From the NCBI RefSeq assembly GCF_009914755.1, contig NC_060925.1: a DNA stretch of 64,000 bases. One strand, 5' to 3'. The position numbers and the translations under genes were made by a program. The DNA comes from the human T2T-CHM13v2.0 reference genome, Homo sapiens. The notes below the pieces were generated by a model. The model worked only from the letters and a program-made list of their open reading frames with translations, made no database searches and was not told where the DNA came from. Positions 14,561 to 29,011 of this stretch are shown piece after piece (positions within the stretch are counted from its first letter, which is position 1; every line of letters begins with the position of its first letter).

Positions 14561-15199
14561 GATTCTGAGAAATATTGAGTAGAGAAGGAAATATAGAAAA
14601 GAGGAGGAAGAGCACCCCTAAAAAGCATATGGCAATCTGACAAATAGTAAAGTGCTGCCATAGAACAAATATTTAGTAATTATTAAATTAATGGATTAAC
14701 AAAGAAAGAATTCACTTAGCTAGAATGTGCAGAAATTGGTTCAGATCAGTAGTTTTTTTGTTTTGTTTTGTTTTCTGACAAGTATGAATGTGAAATCAGC
14801 AGATGTAGCCACTGATAACCTTGCTTGGATGTGTGACTTTTTATGTCAGGTTTTAGAAACAGGCTGTAAACCAGTGGGGAATAACCCACTGTGGCTAAAA
14901 AATTAAACATAAACTTTTCAGACTCATTGGAAACAGTGTGTGGATATGAAAAAAATATGTACTGTAACCAGAGAAAAAGAAGGCTACTTAAGAGATAACT
15001 CTCCAATGAGTATCTTTTGTTTCTTTGTTTATTGTTGATGTTGTTGTTATTGTTTTTCTAAACCTTGGCACCAGTATGCTATCTTGAAGGAGAGTATTCT
15101 CAGGAGATCTAAAATGGCATGTGTACTATTCAAAAATAGCAAAGATATGGAATCAACCTAAGTGTTCATCAGTAGATGGATGGATAAAGATAATGGGGT

Positions 15200-16632
15200 T
15201 GGTTAGCCACATGCAGAAGATTGAAATTGGGCCCCTTCTTTATACCACGTACAAAAACATCAACTCAAGATGAGTTAAATACTTAAATGTAAAACTTAAA
15301 CTGTAAAGACCCTGGAAGATAACCTAGGAAATATCATTCTGAACATAGGATCTGGCAAAGATTTTATAACAAAGACACCAAAAGCAACTGCAACAAAAAC
15401 AAAAATTGACAAATGGGACCTACTTCAACTAAAAAGCTTCTACACAGCAAAAGAAACCATCAACAGAGTAAACAGACAACCTACAGAATGGGAGAAAATA
15501 TTTGCAAAGTATGCATCCAACAAAGATCTAATATCCAGCATCTATAAGGAACTTAAACAAATCAACAAGCAAAAAACAACCCCATTAAAAAGTGGGCAAA
15601 GGACGTGAACAGATACTTTTCAAAAGAAGACATATACACGGCCAACGAGCATTTGAAAAAATGTTCAACATCGCTAATCATTAGATAAATGCAAATTAAA
15701 ACCACAATAAGATACCATCTCACACCAGTCCGAATGGCTACTATTAAAAAGTCAAAAATAACAGATGCTGGTGAGGTTGCAGGGAAAAGGGAACACTATA
15801 CACTGTTGGTGGGAAGGTAAATTAGTTCAGCCACTGTGGAAAGCAGTGTAGCAATTCTTCCAAGAACTTAAAACAGAACTACAACTTGATGTAGCAATCC
15901 TATTATTGGGTATATACCCAAAAGAAAATAAATCATTATACCATAAAGTCACATGCACACATATGTTTATTATAGTACTATTCACAGTAGTAAAGAAACA
16001 GAATCAACCTAAATGTCCATCAATGGTAGACTGGATAAAGAAAATGTGGTACATATACACCTAGAAAACTATGCAGCCATAAAAAAAATTGAGATCATGT
16101 CCTTTGCAGTGACATAGATGGAGCTGGAGGCCATTATCATAAGCAAATTCACGCAGGGACAGAAACCCAAATACCGCATATTCTCACTTATAAGTGGGAG
16201 CTAAACAAGAACACGCGGACACAAATAAGGGAAACAACAGACACCAAAGTCTACATGACGTTGGAGAGTGGGAGGAGGCAGAGAGTCAGAAAACAAAGAT
16301 TATGTCTTTTGCAGTGATATGGATGGAGCTGGTGGCCATTATCCTAAGCAAACTCATGCAGGAACGGAGACCCAAATACTGTATGTTCTCACTTGTAAAT
16401 GGGAGCTAAACGAGAACATGTGGACACAAAGAAAGGAAACAGCAGACACCAGGCCTACATGAAGATGGAGGGTGGGAGGAGGGAGAGAATTAGATAACTA
16501 CACATTGGGTACTATGCTTATTACCTAGGTGATGAAATTATCTGTATGCCAAATCTCCATGATACAGCTTAACTATATAAAAAACCTGAATATGTACCCC
16601 TTAATCTAAAATAAAAGCTTTTTTAAAAAAAA
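15200..16632 (+). mobile_element. 5'-truncated L1 (L1PA15/16-L1PB-like) with an internal tandem duplication
   Basis: ORF2 C-terminal sequence plus 3'UTR 'ttgggtactatgcttattacctaggtgatgaaattatctgta...aaataaaag'. Confidence 0.85.
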
Positions 16633-16712
16633 TGGTTGAAAAGGTAAAGTTTATGCTTGCATATTTTACCAATGAATTTTTAAAATAAAAAAAATAGAAT
16701 TTTACCTTAAAA

Positions 16713-16985
16713 AAAGAAAATGTGGTATGTGGTATATATACACAATGGAATATCATTTGGCCATATTTGCAGCAACATGGATGGAACTGGAAGTCATTAT
16801 GTTAAGTGCAATAAGCCAGGCACAGGAAGACAAACATTACATTTGTCTCATAAATATCTCATTCCCATGTGGGAGCTAAAAAAGTGGATCTCATGGAGTT
16901 CGAGATAGTTACCAGAGGCTGGGAACAATGTGTGTGGGTTAGGAGGGGATAAAAGAAGTAGGAAGGTGAGAAATTACAGTAGCTG
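16713..16985 (+). mobile_element. L1MA-type 3' fragment (host of the preceding L1; left part at about 15120-15199)
   Basis: 'gcagcaacatggatggaactggaagtcattatgttaagtg...gggagctaaaaaagtggatctcatgga'. Confidence 0.7.
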
Positions 16986-17851
16986 CAGACATTGAAAAAG
17001 CAGGAAGAGATGGTTGATTTTTCTAGCATTCTGGCCCCTAAATGCAATGTTCAGGAGTTTTTGCCTTTAGTCAACGTGTTCTATATCCAAGTTTCAGAAA
17101 GTTTATATCTGAATAGCCAAATTTAGATTTTTTGCTCATTCTTCAGATAGAGGAGCACAGAGCATACTGATCCATGGTTCAATCAACCTGTGAATGAGTA
17201 TTGTTAGGAAGAGGATGGAGAGTTGTTGCTATATGAAAAAACAAAAATGTGTATATGCTCCAGGCCCTTGGCTATCTTAATATCCACAAATTTATTCCTA
17301 TATATTAACCCTCAATAAGGGTTTAACCTAACATAATGTTAGTATTCCACAAACAATGAAAATATGTTCATCTTCTCTCTAAAGGTGGATAACTCCAAAC
17401 AGCATCCACCTCAAGAATTTCTGAGTAGCATGAACTCTGCTATCACCCTATCTCAGGAGTCTGCAGCCTATGGATTAAGCAAGATCATGCAACAAAATAT
17501 AACCATGGTTTTCTGTTACGGGGAGCCTATTTGCATTAATACTGATCTTCTCATGTCCCAGAGATCCCCAAGGGACAGATATGGAAAGTGAGAGCCAGGG
17601 TGGTCATGTGCTTTACCCAAAACAACCAGTGACTAAGTAGTCAAGCGAAGATGTGATACCAGATTTGTTCACTTCTAAAGCTCTCTCTTTCCTTTCCATC
17701 CTGGAAAGGTTAGAACAACAAAAAGTAAATGTCCTCCTTGGATAATTTTAAGAGAAATAAAAAATTTAAGATGTGAAAATGGAATTCTGAGGAGAGTTTT
17801 AGGTCCTGGAAAACAGGGTAGAAGGCTTAGGGTAACAAAAACATGGGTAGG

Positions 17852-18150
17852 GGCCAGGTGTGGTGGTTCATGCCTGTAATCTCAGCACTTTGGGAGGCTG
17901 AGGCAGGTGGATCATGAGGTCACGAGTTCAAGACCAGCATGGCCAATATGGTGAAACCCCATCTCTACTCAAAATACAAAAATTAGCCGGGTGTGGTGGC
18001 GCATGCCTATAGTCCTAGCTACTCAGGAGGCTGAGGCAGGAGAATCACTTGAATGTCGGAGGCGGAGGTTGCAGTGAGCCGAGATCACACCACTGCACTG
18101 CAGCCTAGGTAACAGAGCAAGACTCTGTCTCAAAAAAAAAAAAAAAAAAA
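17852..18150 (+). mobile_element. AluS (Sg-like)
   Basis: 'ggatcatgaggtcacgagttcaagacc'; poly-A; TSD atgggtagg on both sides. Confidence 0.93.
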
Positions 18151-21100
18151 TGGGTAGGAGATGAGAGGTATATTTATTTAATGGAGAGAGGAAGATAAAT
18201 AGGGCTTCCATATTTTTATTTTTAAAACTATTTCACAGAAACAAAACACTTTATACTCACTGATGACTATCCCTTCAGCCATTTGTGCCAATAGGTAGTT
18301 GTTTAGATTTTGTTATTATTAAGTATACGCTTTGATTGACATAAGTTAGTAGGTCACATGAACATCTGTGATTTTTTAAAACTTGATACCTTTAAAGAAA
18401 AAATATAATTCAATTAGAGGCAGGACAGAGTTGAAATTGGTTATTTAGGGCGAAAAACAAATTAGATTCTCACCTTACATTAAATAGCAAAAAAATTCTA
18501 AATATGTGAAAAAGTTAATGTTTTAAAAAATAAGAACCATAAGAAAAGAAACTTAGATGAAAGTATAGGAAATATACAGGAATGGAAACAGGTTTTTAAA
18601 GCATAAAGGCCATGAAATGTCCCTGCTGGCCAGGGAACAGGAATGCTCAGGTGTTACCCAAGATTCTGTGATTTGCAGTTAGTGGTAATGGAAGTTTCCA
18701 CGTGGTGGTGCTGCATTCAGTGTCGAAAAGACTGAATTCTCTCCAAAATCTTCTAAGACCACATTCCCCACCACCACTTTTTATACCCAACAAAGAACAG
18801 TGCTGGACTTTTTATCCTGCTAAGATTTATTCCCAATTTAAATCTTGGAAGCTGCACACAGGCATAATTATTTTGGTCAAGCAGGAGAAAGCTTATTCTG
18901 TTTCAAAACAAGTCATGCAAGGAAAGATTTAAGGAATTTCATTTTAGCCTGAAGATGTGAAATTTAAACTTCCACTAAAGGACGCTTGGGGAAAATGTTT
19001 AGACAAAGTCATGGTGTTGGCTAAACTTTCTGAGTGTCTTATTCTGATGTCAGGTATGTAGTAAGAGACTCACATATGGCACAATCTAGGTTCTCACAGT
19101 CTCAAATAACACGCTGGTCATATTCAGATTTTATTCTCTTTGAAGCGTTGAGATTGCATTCCACTGTTAGCTTGGTAGCTATGATTCAACTTACACTTTT
19201 AAAATTTATCTGTTGGTAAGCACAGAAAGCTACAGAGAATTTTTTGTTGTTGTTTTTAAGTTTTGGTCAGAATATTTGGAACTAGATGAATTCCAAGAAA
19301 AACAAACTAAAGAGCTAAGTTAATGACTGTACTGTTTTTACTGCTACAGAATTCAAATCCTTCTGTGCCATCTCTGACTAATTCTGAAATTGGTGATTAC
19401 ATGGTGTCAAACAATGTGAGAGCTTCTAGCTAGCAAAGCAAAACTAAGGGATAATGTCACAGTGGGCAGTGTTGCCAATCGATTCAATCAATTCTAAGCA
19501 ATAAGAGATGAATTTTAAATGGTAATAGTCACAGTTAATAGAATTGTAAGAATCCTGGTGAATTGATAAACTCTCTCACTGTCTGTCCCAATAAGCATGG
19601 CTTAGTCTGACTTAAAGATAAAGTTCCAGTTGGCTGTGTCTATTGACACAGCCTGAAATGGAGTTAAAGATCCAAACCCAAGTGTATCAGGTGGGTTGTT
19701 CAGGGAAGAGCTTTAGGAATATTTCAAAGCTATAGATACAAATAGGTGTGAACCCTCTGAAGAAAAGAACACAGCAGAATTAAAAATAAAGGTAGATTTT
19801 TTCAGAAGTTTATTCTCTAAAACAACACAGGATAACATATTTCCTTTTATCTTGATCTCCAGCAAGAAACTTGGGTTATGAAAACCATCTGTAGATTACA
19901 TTAGATGGAAAGTTAAGTCAACATTTGAGATATTACTAAGGTCATTATTGAGTTTTAGGGAAAGAATGAGGAAATTCCATGTTGGGGTTGGGGTCCTCAA
20001 TACAACAGTGATGCTGGTGACTTATAAAGAATGTGTGGAAAAGACAGGAGTGATTTTGAGGATTGAGAGTTGGGTTGAGAAAATAATGAGAGATTAGAGA
20101 CTGCCTAACTGAATCATAATTCAGGAGTGATGTGAGTAATAATGCATGAATATTTTAAACTTTCCAGTGTCTGTGAAGGAGAAAGACTTAGTACTTTTAG
20201 AGCAATAAATTCAAGTTAATAATTAGGATAAACTTTCTGACAGTATTATTTGTTTTATTTGGGAGACAAACTGCTCCTGAAATGGAGAAATAGAGAAAGT
20301 TAAGCCAAATACCAGCTAAGTGAAGCACGTTTTAAAATAGGATAGGATTGTGGTGTCTAAGGCACCATCTGTTGGCAGTTATCTGACTACGAAACCTGAG
20401 TTCATGGTTGGGCTGATTTTTATATGAATCCCTTGGCATTATGATGTTTAGGGGAAGTAAAGTAACTGCACAACATCCCCTCTGACGGAGGCCACATCAG
20501 TAAAAAGGAAAGCATAGTCTCTTCTCTGCCTCATCACGGGAAGGTCGCCAAGGGAGGCACAAGTCAGGAATGAATGTAAGTGAATAGAAAGAAGGAATAA
20601 GGGAAGAATAGCATAAGGCCTTTGGTTGCTTGTGTTTTGGGGCAATATTTTTGTGGTCACTTTCATTCAGTACCTGGATCTCTGAATTTCATGGGATTGA
20701 TGGGGGCCTCTTGTTAGTACCTTATGTTTACATCTGTTTGTCAGGTGGTACTTCTAAGTAACAGTAGACAGATTTCTAGTATTTCTTGGATTTATTTGTT
20801 TCTAGTGGTTGTCCCAAAGATTCTAAGATCAAACCCTTAGAGTCACACAGATTTTGAATCCACTCCTATGTTTGTAGCATCTTGGTTGTTTTCTTGATTT
20901 CTTGTGTGTAATAATCTTGGGTGACCAGTGTTTCCTGGCCCAGAATATTTTTCTTACATTCTCTTGGGATCTTTAGGAGGACAGACCTTTAATTCCTTCT
21001 TTGTATTGCCTAGGCCTAACTATTGAGGATTTCTATAACAATCTCATATGGCTTCTCTTCAGCCATGCAAATCACATTAAAGGCAGCCTAGGTTTACAAC

Positions 21101-21699
21101 AGTACCCAGACTGAGAAGTGCCTATACAAAGAGTGACAAGTGCTTTGGGGAGGCTGAGGACTAGGAGACATGTAGTTTTATGGTGTAATGTAAGGAAAGA
21201 GACATACTAGTAATATAGAGATGAGTAAGCAAGTTTTAGATAGACTATGTCTATTTCAGACAACAAACATTTATTTATTTTTGCTAATATATGCAAGTCC
21301 ACAGACTAGAAATTCAGAGCATTTAAAGACGAATGAAATACAAATTAAAGAACTCAACATTTCATGGGTTGAGGGTGGGCATTGGACACATGACATTTGA
21401 TGTAAACTGGGGAGTGATGCGAGCCTATTGTCTCAGACTACTGGAAAGGAGTAACAAGGCAACAAACGACAGGTCATGTTTTCAAGGTCACTTGTCTTGG
21501 CACCCCTCGCTTACACAGCTGCAACCCTCACCTATCAGAGAAATTAGACTGTAGATTTAAGTGAAAATTAACATTATTTAGGAAATGGTTCTTAAGGTGA
21601 TCTCATTTTCTCCTCTTGCCCCTATATACTTTTTCACTCATCTGATTTTGCCATTATATTCATTAGAATGATTTATAAATAGCCATTTCCAGATTTTTC

Positions 21700-22640
21700 T
21701 TAGTTTCCATTAGTTTCAGTCTTAAATCATTCACAGACTCGTGGGACTATATATTTCAACATTACTTCTGCCTTAATATGTCCCAAGCAGAATTTGCCTT
21801 CATCCCCGATGGTACCTACCTCTTCTAAGTTTCATGACTCTAGCCTTCACACTATCACAGAATCAGGCATCTGTCACCCAGGTTCCACATTCTTTTATTA
21901 TCTTTAATCCTTTCTCCCCTTTACTTTATATATCTGAGTGCCAATGTGTCAATTACTATATATGTCTAACAAATCATCATTCTTATTCAAATTACCATCA
22001 ACTTTCCCTTTGCCTACTGAAATTACCTTTCTCTTATCCATCTATAATTTATTCTACACACATCAGCCAGAGTAATCTTTTAAAAATGCTAGTAATATCT
22101 GGGCATTGCCCAATGTCCAATGCCATCCCATCACATTTAGAATAATTTTTCCTTCAGTGTAGAAGCACCTAGATGATATAGCCGCCTTCTAAATCTCCAA
22201 CTCCATTTCACCTTATTTCTTGCTCACTGCATTCAAATCCACATTGCCCTCCTTTCTGTTCCACCACCACACTAAAATTGTTTCCTGTTAGGGCCTTTGC
22301 ATTAGCTGTTCCCTCTGGTTGTGACGCTTGTCCACATCCTTTCTTGACTGGCTTCTTCTGCCATGCAGGTCTCAGCTGAAATATCTATCAACTGCTCAGA
22401 GAAGGCTTCAGTGAAAATCCTCTTCCACTCAGTTTTTCTGTATAACAATGGCCCTTCATAGCATTCATCACTCTCTGGTATATTCTTTATTCATATAAGC
22501 TCTATTAGTGCTTTGGGCTTATTTGTTGTCTACCTATCTATGTATCTAAACTAGCCTATCTATTTATCTATCTGTCTATCTAGATATAAAGGCTGCTTGA
22601 GCCTTCTAAAGTGTCTAGAACAAACATCAACACAAAACCA
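21700..22640 (+). mobile_element. L2 fossil
   Basis: 'cagccagagtaatcttttaaaaatg...agggcctttgcattagctgttccctctg...ggtctcagctgaaatatc'. Confidence 0.65.
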
Positions 22641-23744
22641 AACATAGCACTTACACTGAGAATACAGAAATTTATATGATAAAATGTTGTTGTTGGAAAT
22701 GTACCTGTTATAAATTCAACACTGTCACCTGGTCTGTAAGCCAATGCAACCAATCATTCCCTCTCAGACTTCTTTCTATAATTTTAACAGACTTTTCCTT
22801 TGAATTTACATCTTTAGAAACATAATATCATGGGTGTATTTTACCATACTCAAGGAATTGTTCTGTCTTTACAAGTCTGCTTCAGGTAGATCTGATGCCA
22901 TCATTCTGTTATTTTTGTGTATCACCTTCAGTATTGAATTATGAAACTGCTTTGCATATTATTGTTTTATGTGTTTTAGTCCTGTGTTAACAGGATGATT
23001 AATATTCTGCATTACATTCATCTAAATTCACCATATTGCTCAACATGGACTAAGCATCTGATGCATTCTTTTCAGGTTGGTTTTTCAACATTATCTCTCT
23101 ATAATGATTATGGTCTCTAAATATGATATTAAGAAAATGGTATTTTGTTTCTTCATCTGTTGTTTTCTTTCCAAAAATAGGAAAGGAAAAGAAAGTCTGC
23201 CTCCGGGAAAACTTTCACTTACAGCTTTTACCAAAAGAGAATAAGCAACTGATTGCAGAGAACCAGGCTGATGGTTTTATTTTACTTCCCAGCAATAAAC
23301 AGAGTGGAAATGCTAATTATGAACATTTTAAAGTTTTTTGAAATGAAAATGTATCTCAAATTAATTTTTTGCTTTATATATTTCTTTGGAGTAAAGAGGG
23401 CTGAAATTTAATCATCTTCCATTTTCAGTATATTCTGAATAGCATAAATCCTACCAAGCTTTTAATTCATTTCTTTGAGGAAGCTCTCTTCTTTACATTT
23501 CATTTCCTGAGCCCTGCTTGGCAGTCCGATTTGGTGCTATCCTGAGTGCTGTTTTCAAAATTGGTCTAATTGCAAATGTTGGAGACCACTTAAACTGTGG
23601 AAACTTATTACCCATTAAATGTTTTTGTTCATAAAAAGAAGATATATTGAATGCAATTTACCTACTATACTCAAATATATACTTAATATTATACCTAATA
23701 TGTTTCAAATATAATAATAAATTAACAATTTATTATTTATTACT

Positions 23745-23965
23745 CATAACAACAATTGTCATTTAGTGAGGAACTATGACTCTTTAGGGCCAAGAGTAAA
23801 AACTATACTGACACTTAAGAATACTATGGGGTAGTCCTTATTACCTCCATTTTGTACATGGGAAACTGAGGCTTAAAGAGTTTAAGAAACATGTCCAAGT
23901 GGCAGAAGTAGAATTCAAATAGGGTTCTTCGTGGCTACAATACCTGTGGCCTTAATTTCCTTACT
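23745..23965 (-). mobile_element. MIR
   Basis: 'ccattttgtacatgggaaactgaggcttaaagagtttaag'. Confidence 0.7.
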
Positions 23966-25404
23966 GTGTCATTTTTATTGATGCTGTGGTCAAGCAGACT
24001 TGTATTCAGATTCTGCTCTGCTTTTACCATAGTCAGTTGCAGAATCTTGAATGATTGGCTGGTTCCACTGGAATTGGTAGGCAGATTGGCAGGTGACCTC
24101 CTAGGATGATTGCTAGGCTTTTGTTTATGGTTTGTTGAAAAGAAAAATGGTATTTGAAGTCACACGATCTGGATTTAAATCCTAGGTCTAGGAATCCCTT
24201 GGGCAAGTTGCTTAATGGGTTTGAGCCTTAGTCTTCTTGCCTATAGATTTGACAGCATTCATATTTTCCTTCAGGCATTATGTTATATAAATTCGTATTG
24301 GGTTAGAGGATATCTTAGCTCAAATCCAAATGGTAGTCCAAGACAATTGGCAAGCTGATGGGAGTGTTCTACCAGAAACCTATTTGCACAGATACTTTGG
24401 AATCTTCTGGTATGTCTGGAGAAATGATGAGATAACCTGAACATATGTCTTTGCAGGGGAATGAGAAGCCTTCAGCCAGAAAATTCATGCTCAGAAAAGA
24501 AGGAGCCAGTGGTAATAAATTTGACCAAATAATAACAATTTAATTTTTGGATAAGAATAAAAATTAAAAATAGAATTTGGTGTTCATCACAGAAATTGTC
24601 TTCCAACTTAGTTTCCACTGAAATTAAGATCAAATCCTAAGTAGAGCATAAAGACTAAAAGAGCTATTTGTTAAATTATTTGTAGAACTTCGTGGCACAA
24701 GAAAAAGCTGCTTTGGGATTCCTTTGATGGAGGAAAGCACAAAAAAAGAATCTCCTTTAATTAGCCACAGGCCACTTCACAGATTTAAAAACTCAGGGCA
24801 TTTGAGAACTGGAGACAAAGGTCTAGGAAGCACCACTGGCATCAGAAGAATATTTTTCAGAAGAGTGGCTGGTCTGGGTGAGGCCTGAATGTCCCACATT
24901 ACCATGAATGCATGGTGGATGTGACTTCACACGGAAGATGCCCTGCTGGGCTGCGCCTGGCAGCAGAGGATTTGCTCACAAGGAAATCTGTGACTTTCTC
25001 TGGGTCCAATAAAGAAAACATCTTAGAGGTATTTTAGATGATTCTGAGGCTCTATGAGAGCAGTCAAGAACAAAACACAAAAGTCAGTGTAATCATCGTT
25101 ATTATTGATCAACATACACTGGCAAGATCTGTGGAGATGGGTTTAAGGATAATACATTAGAAAAATTATTCTGTAAAGTGTTATTCTTAGTTTTCTCCCA
25201 CTCTTGGCCCCTTATTGCAACACTGGAAATGCTCAAGGCATTCTTGTGTCTCATAAATAAGGTCAAATATCACACCAGAACTACACTGAAGAGTGTTAAA
25301 AGATACTTTTCAAAAAAATTAAAATGATCACCCTTATACAAATGAATATGTGTCTAAGATTGCATTCAGTTCATTAATTATGAGGGAGTAGGATGATGGC
25401 ATGG

Positions 25405-25806
25405 TGCTATGGACTGAATTGTGATCCTCCAAAATGGAAGTCATTACCCCCAGTAGTATCTCAGAATGTAGCTGTATTTGGAGATAAGGACATTAAAGAG
25501 GTAATTAAGTTAAAATGATGTCTTTAGGGTGAGCCCTAATTAGTCTAATTGGTGTTCTTAAAAGAAGAAGAAATGCAGACATACAGAGATGCCATGGATG
25601 TGCACACACCGAGGAAAGACAACGTATGGACACAGCAAGAAGGCCGCCCTCTGCAAGTCAGGGAGACAGGCGTCAGGAAAAACCAACCTGCCAACACCTT
25701 GATCTTGGACTTCAAGCCTCCCAAACTGTGAAAAGTAAATTTTAGTTGTTTAAGCCACCCAGTTTATGATATGTTATTATGATAGCCTTAGCAAAGGCTA
25801 TCATAC
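25405..25806 (+). mobile_element. MLT1B-like MaLR solo LTR
   Basis: 'tgctatggactgaattgtg...gtatttggagataagg...caccttgatcttggacttc...ttgtttaagccacccag'. Confidence 0.85.
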
Positions 25807-26684
25807 CTTAGTAGGTTCAAAGAGCATTTGAGAAGCTGGGAATTTATAGGCAACTTAATGAAGGAATATTAGAATAAAATTTCTTGATTAGATACAAAGC
25901 TGGTAATGTCCTTCAGAAGAATAAACCATGACTTTGGGATTATATTTTCTATTAGATAAATTTAGCTCCATATCTACGAAACAAAAATCTATCAACACAT
26001 AGCTTCACTTAAATCTGGAACTTTTGAGTTCATAGTAAATAGTGAGTCGAATAAAGTACATTCCCTAGATAACTAAATAATCTTTGGGGTACCTGTTAAA
26101 CAGTGCCCTTTTATATATTTAGAGAAACCTCACAAGTTTTAAACAATTTTTCAGAGCAGAAGAAATTTGTTCCTTTATCTTAGTCTAAGAATAGCCACCA
26201 TAATGTACATCTACTGGTCAAGAAAATGTTCTTCCCCAATTTATTAATAAGAGGTATACTACTCCTGAATGTGCAAATCTAATTCTCAACCATAGGAATG
26301 TGACATTACAATAGCCTGACCTTGTGCTGTCTCTCAAAGTTTGGGTTATTCAGTCTTGTATGGAAAGTCAGTGGTTCCATCTAGAGAGTTAAACCTAATC
26401 TAAGATCTTTCTCAGATGTCTGTAACAGCATGAAGAGATAAGATAGGTGCGTATCTTCCTGTAACTTTTAGGTCTGTATTTATGATGTGCTGAGTAATTA
26501 TTTGGATATCTGCATTCTCAAGAACCAGCCATAATAATAACCCAGCCCAATCCATTCCTTGGATCAGGCAGGAGACAGAATTCTGTATTGGAAACAATGT
26601 TTGGAGGTATAGATCTGTCACAGGGTACGGTCAATTAACATCAACAAACAACATTTAATTTTCTGCACATTGATCAAGAGATTT

Positions 26685-28391
26685 AGTGCAATTCCAGTAA
26701 AATTCCCAAGAGAATTTTTCTTGTAGAAATGGACAGATTTATTCTAAAATTTATATGAAAATCATAAGGATCTAGAATAGCTAACATAATTTTGTAAAAA
26801 GAGCTATAAAGTTGGATGATAACACTAGCCCCAGTTTAAGACTTAATATATGGCTGTGATCTTATTTACAGAGTGATAGACTCATAGATTAATGAAACAG
26901 AATAGAGAGTACAGAAGGGGACCCACCAAATTCTGACCAATTGATCTTTGACAAAGGTAAAATGGTAATTCAATAAAGGAAAGAACAGTCTTTTTAATAA
27001 AGAGTTAAATTGTCCATTAATATGCAAAAATGAACTTTAACCTCACACCTGTTACAAAAATGAACCCAAATTGGATCATAGATCTAAATGGAAAATGGAA
27101 AATTATAAAGCCTTCAGAAGAAAACATGGAAGAAAATCATTGTAAACTGGGATTAGGCAAAGAATTCTTAGACATTATGCCAAATGCATGATCCATTAAA
27201 TATAAAAATGGATAAACTGGACTTCATCCGACCTTAAAACGTTTGTTCTGCAAAAGATTTGTTAAGACAATGTAAATACAAACTACAGACTGGAAAAAAT
27301 ATATGCAGATTACATATTTGACAAAGGAATTGAATCCAGAATATATACAGAGCACTCAAAACTCAACCAGCAGAACACAACCCAATTTAAAAATGGGCAA
27401 AAGGTTGGAATAGATGCTTCACCAAAGAGGATATATTGATGGCAAAAAACACATTAAAAATGTTCAACATCCTGAACAATGAGAACACATGGACACAGGG
27501 AGGGGAACATCACACGCTTGTCAGGGGGTGGGGGGCTGGGGGAGGGATAGCATTAGGAGAAATACCTAATGTAGATGACGGGTTGATGGGTGCAGCAAAC
27601 CACCATGGCACATGCATATATATGTAACAAAGCTGCATGTTCTGCACATGTGTCCCAGAACTTAAAGTATAATAATAAAAAAGAAAAAAAATGTTCAACA
27701 TCCTTGGATATTTGATAAATACAAATTAAAATTAAATGAGATAACTCTATAGATAGGCAAGGATACAGAGCAACTGAAACTCATACATTGCCACTGGGAA
27801 TACAAAATGGTATGTCCACTCTGCAAAAGAGTTTAGCAATTATTATAAAGTTAAATATATACTTACCATATGATCCAGCAATTCCCCTCCTAGGAATTTA
27901 CTTTAGAGAAATGAAAACATATGTTCACATAAAAACCTATACATGAAAGTTTGTGGCAGCTCTAGTCATAATTGCCAAAAAGCTGGAAACAACTCAATTG
28001 TCCTTTAACAGCAGAATAAATAAACAAACTGAGGTATATCTGGGCAATGCTATACTACTCAGCAATGGACTACTGATACATTTATTGGATAAATTTCAAA
28101 GGCCTTACACTAACTGAAAGAGGTTAGTCTCAAAGTTTTACATATTGTATGATTCTGTTAATATGATATTCTAGAAAAGACAAAACTATAGTGATGAACA
28201 GATCAATGGTTTTCAGGGGGTAGGGAAGGAAAAAGAAGGCGACTACCAAGGGGTATCCCAAGGAATCATCCGGAATGACAGAATGATTCTGTTTCCTGAT
28301 TGTGACGGTGGTGACATGAACCTATATGTGTATCAATTCATAGGACTGTACATGAAAAAAAGTCAGTTTAACTGTATGTTAATTTAAAAAA
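26685..28391 (+). mobile_element. Old L1M (MD/ME-type) ORF2 end and 3'UTR
   Basis: Degenerate ORF2 C-terminal motifs; 3'UTR 'ctagaaaagacaaaactatagtgatgaacagatcaatggtt'. Confidence 0.75.
27474..27686 (+). mobile_element. Short 5'-truncated L1PA7-like 3' end nested in L1M
   Basis: L1PA 3'UTR with G-tract; perfect 18-bp TSD aaaaatgttcaacatcct (27456-27473, 27687-27704). Confidence 0.92.
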
Positions 28392-28977
28392 TTCTTAGGA
28401 ACAGCACCCTGCCAGGCTCTCTGTGAAACAAAATGCCGTCTCTGTTCTTGCATCTGCTGCCATTTGCAATCCTTTTCAACAGTGACCCTCACCCACTTCC
28501 TCTACCTACTCCATGACATTCAACAAATTGTTCTCCATCTCACTGAAATCAGTCCCCAAGGGCACTCATGATTTCTATTCTCCTATCCATGAAAACTTGA
28601 CTAATAATTCTGGCTCCCTATGCCCTGTCATGTCTCAATTCCTATAACTCTTCCTCTAGATCCTTATTTTTGGCACATATTCTAACACTTAGATTATTTT
28701 AAAAATGTTTCAGGTGCATATATTGGTCTGTCATGACCAGAAAGTTTTTTCCTCAAAAAGCATGCAGATAGAGAACAAACCCCAGACTTGCTGGAGCCAG
28801 AGTAATCAAAATGTTATGTCAAAAAAAAAAGCCAATATTATTTCTATGAGTGTGAGACTTCTGGGAGGATAACTTAGGACAAAATACTAGTGCACATGGA
28901 ATTCTGATTGTCTGCAAAATGATTAATCACAAACTTTCATTGACAGATATATGTACACATAAGCACACATGTACATG

Positions 28978-29006
<29 letters not shown>
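28978..29006. repeat. (CA)n microsatellite
   Basis: About 14 perfect units. Confidence 0.95.

Positions 29007-29011
<5 letters not shown>

Noticed and set aside
20000-20270. Possible CR1/L3 fossil (also near 35400-35450)
   Set aside because: Only a short motif resembles L3; too weak to call without a profile search
27525-27546. G-quadruplex motif (also near 45076-45099)
   Set aside because: Standard L1PA 3'UTR G-tract, well known
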